Shown here one piece after another: positions 22,429 through 30,241 of a stretch of 30,241 nucleotides of DNA. The position numbers were made by a program, and so were the translations under genes. The notes beneath the pieces were generated by a model. The model had not been told where the DNA came from. It did not search any database and saw nothing but the letters and a program-made list of their open reading frames with translations. The DNA comes from a virus: positions 69,363-99,603 of IMG/VR virus record IMGVR_UViG_3300000304_000008. One strand, 5' to 3'. The first letter of the stretch is position 1; every line of letters starts with the position of its first letter.

Positions 22429-24939
22429 TTATTTTTTACTTTCGCCAACTACTCTATTTTTTAATGCTGTACGAGCTTTAAGTTTTTCTCTTTCCATCGC
22501 TGCTTTATCACTCATACGTTGCAGTTCAGTTTCATGCTTCATACGTTCTCTTTCGAGTTGAATCTTTTTATTTTCAATCTCTTTCTTGTTTTCAGATTCA
22601 CGCATTTTAGCATTAAATTCAAATTGTTTAGAAGCCTCGTCTGATGCCTGTTTACGTTCATCTAATGCTTGTTTAGCTATTTCCATTGGATCAGGTATAC
22701 CGTTAGCATTCTAATCCATATTTTCAGAACCTCTATAAGCATTCAATTGAGCAACAGTAATCTTAGTTTGAGCATCGGTATCAATCTTATATTTTTCAAG
22801 ATCCATTTCAGCTTCTTTAATCATCAGCTCTTCTTCTTTGACTCTATTTTGTTCTTCTACTAATTGGCGTTGGGCTTCTTGTTCTGCTTGTTGCTGTTCC
22901 TGCATTTGTTGCATACGCTTATTCTCAATTTCTTCAAGACGTTGCTTAATTTCATTAACATTATCCATAGTAATAATTTCAGCAATATCTAATAAACTAG
23001 CACCGTTTTGCATAGCAGGTTGCATTAATTGTCTTAATTGCTCCAACTCATTTCTTTCTTTAGTAGAATCATCTACGAATATATCCATGTCTTCATAGAA
23101 GAAAGAATCACTTAGAGTTACAAAAGCTCTAGTAGCATCATCGAGTATGTAATTTAATACTGTTTTATTATCTTTCCAAGCATATCTAGCTGTATCTAAT
23201 AACATAGTAAGAACCTGTTTCTTTACTTGATTGTGTGTCCAGAACCATGGTTCAGTAATGTGATAAGATTGAGTAATAGCCTGATTAACATTACCCACTA
23301 ATTCATTAGCCGCAACGGAACCTTGTCTTTGTGGTGTAATACCAGTAAGTCTAGCTACCATATCTTCAATCTTAGCCATAAGATTAATGTATTGGTCTAT
23401 TACATTAGCCATACTTAAATCCCAAGCCTAGAATTGATTAAATGAAGCAGGTTTACCACCTTCTCTACCAGGTATATCCCAACCATCTTCATACGGATTA
23501 ATAAATGCTACACCTAATGCAGATAAATAGTGCATCCACTTATTAATATCAATACCCATATTTTTAGGTATCTAAGTAACATCAATAACAGGTACTTTGC
23601 CTTTGTCTCTAGCCATCGCTAATTCTAGACGATACCATATAACAATATACATATATTGTAAAGGTTTCATCATACTAACCAAACTCTTGGGTCTACTATT
23701 GGTATTATTATAAACCGCACCAGTATAAGGTAATTTCTATGAATTTGGATTATCAGCAGATATGTGTTGATATTCTATAGGCTATATACCAAAATATAAA
23801 GCATCTTCGCCTTCTCCAGCTCTATATCCTTCCCATACTTCTACAATCCAATCCCAGGTTACATCTATTTCTTCGCCTGTTATTTGATAACTTTCGTCTA
23901 CTTGAAACTCTTCTACTTCACCAGTTTCAAAGTTAGTTAAAGTAACGAAACCTATCTTTTTAAAAGATTTCCAACAAGTATGATAAACGTTTAATTGGTC
24001 TGAATCAAACGGATCATTAGTATACATATTAATTCTATGCATATCTACGTGATTGTAATCTAATTCAGATTTCTCCATTCTAGGATAATTACCAACACCA
24101 GGTTTAGCATCAATTAAATCTAATAATCTATTTAATTGCTTTTCATCTAGTTTATCATAGAACCTATCGTAGATTTCAGTAGGATTCATTACCATCAATC
24201 TACAGCACCAAGAAGCGTCTTGTATAAATTCTAAATCTACAGAATGTTCGTAATCAAAGAACATTGGATTTACTCTTTCTACATAAGGCTGACCATTCAG
24301 TATACCAATATAATATTCTTCTTCACCGCCTATTAATGCATCTTTCCAACCTTTATAGAATTCATGAGTAAGATTTAATTTCTTTTTTAAATATTTTAAT
24401 GATAAGTATGCAGCTCTTTCTGCAATATCTTTATAATCTTTAGTTACATATTTCTATATAGCTTCAGGTTGCATTACTTCACCACTAGCTAATTGCTGCT
24501 AATACTATACTTGATTTTCAGGACTTAAATTAGCCATAATACTAGCCATTATATAATCTACCAATAACGATTTTAACTATTCTTGAACTTCACTAGCAGC
24601 TTCATTACTAGTTCTACATACTTGAAAATTAAATGGTCTTTTAGTTTCCTCACCAAGTAACTAGTCAATATAAGGTTTAATTATATTATAATCCTATGCT
24701 GTAGCAGGGAAACCATCTTTTTGTTTAAACGGATTTGTAACATACTTTAAATCTTTTTCATTATATATACTATTGTATAGGTCATAGTATGTCTACATTT
24801 CTGACGTACGTTCAGTATTAAATCCGTATACACCTACGTTACCTGCACCAATAATATAATTTACACAATCTCTTTTCCACTATTCTGTTTTCTTTCTAGC
24901 AGGTAGTTTTTGTATTGGAAATGATTTAATATCTAACAT
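22429..24939 (-). CDS. Portal protein, 836 aa (TAG read-through)
   Basis: Joins 23782..24264, 22711..23412 and 22429..22686 in one frame. Starts FPIQKLP...WKRDCV, includes YNIIKPYIDQLLGEE and EVWEGYR, and has a long coiled-coil C-terminus. Directly follows terminase. Confidence 0.9.
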
Positions 24940-24941
24940 AA

Positions 24942-27900
24942 TTAATTACTAAATGTATATACATTATCTTCAACTACTGCACCGTCAGATAGTTCTGATT
25001 CACCCCATCCCTGCGCAAAGATAGGACCGTCGAACAGTAATCTACTTTTATTTGCTTTCTCTTTTTCTTTTACAGTGACATTAAACAATTGTTCCCTATA
25101 AATCATCAATTGCATCATTGCCATTACTCTATCAACGTTAACTATATCGTTGTAAGCAATTAATTCTTCGATTAATGGTTCTGATAATATATGGTATAAA
25201 TTCTTAGTACCATCGACGTTTATTTCATTTAACCAGTCTTTTATTAGACCTTCACCCCAAGCTTTTATTTGCTTGTTCATATGGCAACCTTTTTTACGAT
25301 TAACAGTAGATTTACTAACTACTATATCACTAATTATATCAGGCTAATCTGCCAATAGATATTCACAATGTTTGCTAGTAAAATAAACAAATAAACCTTT
25401 ATTCTGATTTTCATACATTGCAGTAGCATTATAGTATATAAGTAGTTTGCGTACATTCTCATAGAATTCTTCAGCTGTATTTGGTCTACCAGTATATTCA
25501 GCTACTATAATATCAGAATAAGATTCTATAGACTATACACGTTTATATATTATACAAGAGCCTAATGAATTAGTACCCGACTAATCATAATCATAAGAGT
25601 CTATACCAGCAATGTATAAACCATAAGGTGCATTTTTCATAGGGTGTTCCCATATTACTATAGAACCTGTTGGGTCATCATCTTTCTTTAAAGGATAATG
25701 TGTAATATCACCTGTTTTCTTAATAATCCAACGAAGTTGACCATCTCCTGTCTGGATTAAATCACCAACTTGTTTATAATTCTATAGCTCTTTATTAGTA
25801 CGTATTCTAGATAATTGCTCTTGTAATTCTTTTTTAGGGAATATATTACCACCAAATTCAAGACATGCTTCTTGAGGAGTACATGCATGTTCTGCAACAT
25901 ATCTATCTACTGCAACAGTATTAGTAGCTGCTGATATTACTTTACGTCTTTCTTCAAGTATAAACTCTAGAGATTGTTTTAGTAGAGTATTACCATCTTT
26001 ATCCATATAAAGACGTTTACCATCTTTATCACGTATATCTAAATTAGTATACTGTGGTATAAAGAAACCACATTTAGTGCCGTTAGCAGATTCATCCCAT
26101 ATGTTTTCAAACTCCATACAGTTATAACCGTCTGGATTATAAAACATATCTCTTAGTGTTTGAAAGTGAGAATCTTCATCACCACCAGTATTATGTGTAA
26201 CAATACCGTTTACAATATAATTATTTTGTTCATTAGCGGTTAAATTATATATTTTCTAAACGCCTATGTCTTCAATTTTAATAATACGCTCAGCGTGAAT
26301 ACCTGATACATATTTATGATACTTGGCTAAGTGATTCTAAGCAAATAAATAAATTAAATCTAATGCAGATTGTTTATAGTCGACGCGTAATTCAATATTA
26401 TCTGCGAATTTACTTACAGAAGTAATATCGTTAATTTCTAGACGCCATTCTCCATTCTTGCTTTTTATTAATCTACCGTTAGAATAATGCTCCCTATTAT
26501 CTGATTTTATATGCCTAACAGAGCAATGTATACCAAAATGTAGCAATACTTCTTGTACTTGTAATAATATTTCTTTTTGACATTGCGCCAGAATAATTCT
26601 CACTCTACCATCTTTATCTACTCTAATATATCCATCTGTGTCAAACAAACCACCTATTAACTCAGTTAAAGTATATCTATCGTACGTATGAATATCTAAA
26701 GGTAATCTCTTTTTATCTTTTGTTTGACCATAAATACCTAGTTCTCTAAGTTGTTTACATATACCTTTTATACGAATTTCTTTGTATTCTTTACCTTCTT
26801 TTGTAGTGTATTCTTTTTCTATCGCTGTGTCAAAATTACCTAAAATATAATCAATTACGTTTTTATCACAATTGGCTATTCTTGGTGTCTTATCGTAACC
26901 GTAAGTACCGTCACCTATAAGCCAACCAATTAATCTTGGTTCCCACATTTTCTTTTTACCAAAATAAGGAATCTCGTCTATAATACCTACTTGGTCACCA
27001 ACTTTACACAAATCAGCTCTGTGCCACAACCAAGATTTCATACGCTAATTTTCGTTACGCTTACCCGGCACTCTTTTTGTTTTACCTGGTGTAGACCACA
27101 ATAACGGATGGTCTATACTACACTCTATACTTCTACCAGAATTAGTAGTTATACGTAAGCAAGATTTCTCAGAAGGTGGGTTTATATTTGATATATTTTG
27201 TGGGCAAGCCTGATAAGTATCCCAGCCCATTATACCGTCTTCAAATGTTATATCTTCCACGTTAACGCAGTTACCTTCAGCTGTCCATACTCTAGAGCCT
27301 GCGCAAACACAACCAAATGCAATCATAGTACCAAACGCAATACCATCTTGTTCTACAGAAGGTCGAGCAATTTGCCATGCTGCACCTAATTCACTAAAAG
27401 AACCAGCTTCTTCAAATATAATTAATTTACCTGCTTTACCACGCACTACATCAGGATTATCTTTTAAAGTAACACCAATTATTTCTGATTTATAACCCAG
27501 TTCTACCTCGTTACCAAATTCATCTTTAGTATAAAAACCAGCTCTTTTACGCATAGTAGTATTTACACTACGCTTTTTACCCCATGCCGTATTTTTATCT
27601 ATAAAGTCCATATAGTCCCACGCTTTAGTAAGAATACCATCTTCAGTAAGATACTATTTGTTACTTGCATAAATATACGTTTTACTACCAGGTATTAGAT
27701 AATAATTTCTGCACGCCATTGATGCATTCTTATATGAATAACCCTTTCTACGGCTTTTTAGTACACACAAATGCTTACCTTCTTCTTCTGCATCATTTAC
27801 AGATTGAAAAAAGTAAGCATCATAATCGTAGAAATCTGGAAATTCTAATCGTCTTGATTTCTTAATTTTACCATTTATTACTTCGTAGACTATTCTCTAA

Positions 27901-28118
27901 ATAGGACAAAAATTGATATAAAAATAATTATAACCAGATATATAATCTCCATCTTTAGTTCTATACCCATCTAAGCATCTCCTTTTCTATTCATCCCAAT
28001 ACTGAAAGTATTCAGTAGTATTGATAGCATAATTACAATACTAGCCAGTCTACTCGAAGTGAATAGCTGGCTCACGGAATTTATCTGTATTTTTAAATCT
28101 TTTTGTAAAGTCTACCAT
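24942..28118 (-). CDS. terL: Terminase large subunit precursor, 1058 aa including intein (684 aa spliced; TAG read-through)
   Basis: Walker A-like LKSRRKGYSYK, Walker B LIIFEEAG, FG|TGG motif split by an intein, nuclease YIAGIDSYD, and C-terminal NVDRVMA. Four track ORFs lie in one frame. Confidence 0.93.
26190..27311 (-). mobile_element. Intein with LAGLIDADG homing endonuclease in terL, 374 aa
   Basis: N-terminal CVCAGSRVWT, block B IECSIDHPLL, LAGLIDADG motifs LIGWLIGDG and LIGGLFDTDG, C-terminal YIVNGIVTHN followed by Thr (+1). Confidence 0.93.
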
Positions 28119-28248
28119 AATCTTTCCAGATTTGTATATAATTATTACTATAAATTTCTTCTTTTGAGTGATTCATTAGATATGATACTCTATCTGAAAA
28201 TTCAAATAATTTAATAATGTATATGTGTGAAAAATCGTCGTATACCAT
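28093..28248 (-). CDS. Small hypothetical protein, 51 aa
   Basis: MVYDDFSHIYIIKLF...RLYKKI. The start is placed downstream of the terminator and the end overlaps the terL start. Confidence 0.45.
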   Translation of the reverse strand: MVYDDFSHIYIIKLFEFSDRVSYLMNHSKEEIYSNNYIQIWKDYGRLYKKI

Positions 28249-28260
28249 ATTAATGCAAAT

Positions 28261-28306
28261 AAAAAACCTCCCCGTTTCTACTGGGGGAGTAGGGGTTGGG
28301 GAGGTT
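28261..28306 (-). terminator. Intrinsic terminator downstream of the tRNA pair
   Basis: AACCTCCCC...GGGGAGG stem with inner CTACT/AGTAG, followed by TTTTTT on the minus strand. Confidence 0.8.
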
Positions 28307-28334
28307 AATGATTGATTTTTCATTTAACTTGTAG

Positions 28335-28404
28335 TTGCGGACTCCGACTCGAACGGAATCTTGAGATTATGAGCCTCAAATGCTATCCTTTGCACCAATC
28401 CGCG
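28335..28404 (-). tRNA. tRNA with CAU anticodon (initiator-Met-like)
   Basis: CGCGGAT-TG-GTGC/GCAT D arm; TGAGG-CTCATAA-TCTCA anticodon arm; TCCG-TTCGAGT-CGGA T arm; GTCCGCA-A. C1:A72 mismatch, CCA not encoded. Confidence 0.85.
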
Positions 28405-28411
28405 ATATTAG

Positions 28412-28484
28412 TCGCCCCCGCAGGATTCGAACCCGCACCTACTGGGTTAGAGCCAGTCTTGCTACCATTACAAATTAGAGGGCA
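28412..28484 (-). tRNA. Amber-decoding tRNA, anticodon CUA (probable tRNA-Gln)
   Basis: TGCCCTC/GGGGGCG acceptor; ACTGG-CTCTAAC-CCAGT anticodon arm (CTA at 28450-28448); GCGGG-TTCGAAT-CCTGC T arm. U1 with a weak first pair, as in tRNA-Gln. Confidence 0.92.
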
Positions 28485-28588
28485 ATGCACGTGGTTCTTT
28501 AAAGACTGCCACGTTAAAGTCTACCTATAACTCAAATTACAATATTCTCTGTTTTCGAACCGCACAGCAGATAAGCGGATATTATTTT

Positions 28589-28726
28589 TTAACCAAATAT
28601 TCTTTTATACCAAGGTTTTTTAGGCATACCTAACTGTTTACGAGCATTTAAATCAGTTTTAACTGCGATAATAATTTCATCAAAAGTATTGCAATCAGTA
28701 AGGTCTAATACGTATTCTTTCTTCAT
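28589..28726 (-). CDS. Small hypothetical protein, 45 aa
   Basis: MKKEYVLDLTDCNTFDEIIIAVKTDLNARKQLGMPKKPWYKRIFG, ending in an amphipathic KKPWYKRIF tail. Confidence 0.65.
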   Translation of the reverse strand: MKKEYVLDLTDCNTFDEIIIAVKTDLNARKQLGMPKKPWYKRIFG

Positions 28727-28761
28727 AACGCTAAATATATTTTATAGTTTAATTTATTGTA

Positions 28762-29289
28762 TTACTTATTCAACTCGTATGGATTAATTTCGTTGTTACC
28801 GCGTACTTTAACTGTTTCTAATTCTTCGGATTTAACAGCTTTCTCTAAGAAGTCTATAGTTTGAAAAGTACCTTTAACTTTTTCCATACCTGCTAATAAC
28901 ACTTGAATCTTCTTTTCATCAAGTTCTTCACCTAAAGATTCTTCATAATAAGAAGAGATAGTATCGATTTTATTTCTCATTGCATTAAGCATTTTGAGAT
29001 TTCTAGTATTCATCAATAGATTAAATTCATCTCTGCATACTTGCTCAATAACGCTAAGTTTATAATCTTGTTTCCCGAATTTTTGTTTCTTTAACACTTT
29101 TTCTCTATCTTCGAGAGACATACTTTTTACATACGGACTATTCCAGTAATCACAAAGTATTATAAAACTTGCTACATCATCAGCATGAGCTTTATCTTCA
29201 GTTGACTCATAGAACTTTTTAAAAGGCGGTAGTGCCCACATATTAGCGTGGACTACTACCTTATCTCCAATTATATCAAACAGCTTCAT
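28762..29289 (-). CDS. Conserved hypothetical protein, 175 aa (possible terminase small subunit)
   Basis: MKLFDIIGDKVVV start in a TAATG overlap. Helical, and close upstream of terL. The TerS idea rests on position and size only. Confidence 0.55.
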   Translation of the reverse strand: MKLFDIIGDKVVVHANMWALPPFKKFYESTEDKAHADDVASFIILCDYWNSPYVKSMSLEDREKVLKKQKFGKQDYKLSVIEQVCRDEFNLLMNTRNLKMLNAMRNKIDTISSYYEESLGEELDEKKIQVLLAGMEKVKGTFQTIDFLEKAVKSEELETVKVRGNNEINPYELNK

Positions 29290-29621
29290 TATGCAGCGCA
29301 CTTAGTACAGCAGTCACAAGGTTCAGGATTTTGCATATTAGCTTCATATTTAGCCTGAGCCTCATCAAATCGTCTATAATAATCTTTTAATATTTCATCT
29401 TTAACGATTACTGTTTCTTTACTGTTATCTATGCCAGGCATGCCGAAGAAACTTATAATAATATCACCTTTACTTACTGGCTTACCGTCTAATTCTCCAT
29501 CTTCATCTACAATCCATAACCAATCAATGTTATTACGGTGGTAATCAACCATGTTAACTTTATCTAAGTTTTCAGTATTTAATTTAACTAAATATCTATT
29601 TGCAAGAAAGTACTTAATCAT
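29289..29621 (-). CDS. Hypothetical protein, 110 aa, with Cys-rich C-terminus
   Basis: Track ORF, tightly packed with its neighbours, ending PCDCCTKCAA. Confidence 0.7.
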   Translation of the reverse strand: MIKYFLANRYLVKLNTENLDKVNMVDYHRNNIDWLWIVDEDGELDGKPVSKGDIIISFFGMPGIDNSKETVIVKDEILKDYYRRFDEAQAKYEANMQNPEPCDCCTKCAA

Positions 29622-29628
29622 AATTTCT

Positions 29629-29799
29629 TTATTTTAATTCGTTAGCGTATAAATTTGTATAATATTCTAATCTCTTTTCAGCTTCTTCCTGAGTATAATC
29701 TTCATTTTTATAATCAGGATATTGTCTGTAATTATAGATTATTTGTTGATAAAATTTAATTAATTCTAGCAACTCCATTAATAAATCATCTTGTGTCAT
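29629..29799 (-). CDS. Small hypothetical protein, 56 aa
   Basis: MTQDDLLMELLELIKFYQQ...LYANELK. ATGA overlap with the dUTPase stop. Confidence 0.65.
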   Translation of the reverse strand: MTQDDLLMELLELIKFYQQIIYNYRQYPDYKNEDYTQEEAEKRLEYYTNLYANELK

Positions 29800-29987
29800 G
29801 CTACTTCATCTGCTTCACCAAAACCTTTTGTTCCTCTCTCTGTTTCAGATAATTCATCGACAAGTATTGGCTCTGCAACTAAGTAAGGAACAATAACTAA
29901 CTGTGCAAATGGTTCACCAATAGCATATATTGTAGGTACAGCATCTGTAGTTACTTTCATCTTTGCCATTATCTCATTTCTATAATC
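29796..29987 (-). CDS. dut: dUTPase, 3' exon
   Basis: DYRNEI (second half of motif III), FAQLVI (motif IV) and ERGTKGFG (motif V). The first half of the gene is separated by an intron. Confidence 0.88.
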   Translation of the reverse strand, partial: DYRNEIMAKMKVTTDAVPTIYAIGEPFAQLVIVPYLVAEPILVDELSETERGTKGFGEADEVA

Positions 29988-30241
29988 CATTTTGTTATCT
30001 ATAAAGCTCTTTATCTTTATACTCTACTATTTCTTTTGTTATTAGTAGTTCGGACTATATCATCACCTTTGAATGGGCGGGGCACTCGTGTCAGTATTAT
30101 ATTCTATAAACTTAACATAATGTTTTAACCAATAATCAAAATCATTGATACATTTTTTATATTCTTCTATATAACTCATAGTTTCAACTGTTAGTCTCTG
30201 AACCTTCCAACTTTGTTAAAGGTTGGCTTGGCTGCTGATTA
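29988..30241 (-). mobile_element. Group I self-splicing intron (3' part; IA-like) in dUTPase
   Basis: Minus strand: Q element AATCAGCAGC (30240-30231), P6 hairpin CCAAC/GTTGG, R element GTTCAGAGACTAA (30203-30191), S element GATATAGTCC (30061-30052), P9 hairpins, and a terminal G at 29988 directly before GAT TAT AGA. Confidence 0.88.

Noticed and set aside
1-28118. Fragmented ORFs as pseudogenes, a decayed prophage or sequencing errors
   Set aside because: The breaks are all TAG, never frameshifts or TAA/TGA; catalytic motifs are intact; and a CUA tRNA is present.
28249-28323. N-terminal part of track ORF 28093..28323 (MKNQSLTSPTPTPP...)
   Set aside because: It is the translation of the terminator hairpin; the ATG at 28248 is more plausible.
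3775-28530. All plus-strand ORFs in the track (e.g. 3775..4020, 17305..17559, 19580..19897, 22838..23098, 28312..28530)
   Set aside because: They are antisense shadows of minus-strand genes or tRNAs, with no recognisable motifs.
896-29798. TGA also being recoded
   Set aside because: In-frame TGA appears only at gene boundaries (896, 3087, 7682, 21662, 21801, 29796), next to or overlapping the following start.
29988-29990. ATG start of a stand-alone 64-aa dUTPase-like protein
   Set aside because: The protein would lack motifs I-II and half of III; the G is better explained as the intron's terminal G.

Overview
This window is the late (morphogenesis) region of a crAss-like phage (Crassvirales, probably with a Bacteroidota host), encoded entirely on the minus strand. 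The supplied ORF track is fragmented because TAG is read as a sense codon, almost certainly Gln. Reading through TAG joins the fragments into about 26 tightly packed genes that all end in TAA or TGA, and a phage-encoded tRNA with anticodon CUA sits at 28412-28484. In transcription order (right to left) the window holds: the 3' part of a group I intron and the 3' exon of dUTPase; small TAG-free genes; tRNA(CUA) and tRNA(CAU); a terminator; terminase large subunit with a 374-aa LAGLIDADG intein; portal; a cluster of small basic/HExxH proteins plus a 590-aa TAG-rich protein with pre-toxin-TG-like and ADP-ribosyltransferase-like motifs; scaffold-like protein; major capsid protein; three ring-type paralogues; auxiliary capsid-like protein; M15 endolysin; a 1604-aa repeat fibre; and further fibre/LRR receptor-binding genes running off the left edge. 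Coordinates and translations were worked out by hand. Functional calls rest on motifs and gene order, not on database searches.
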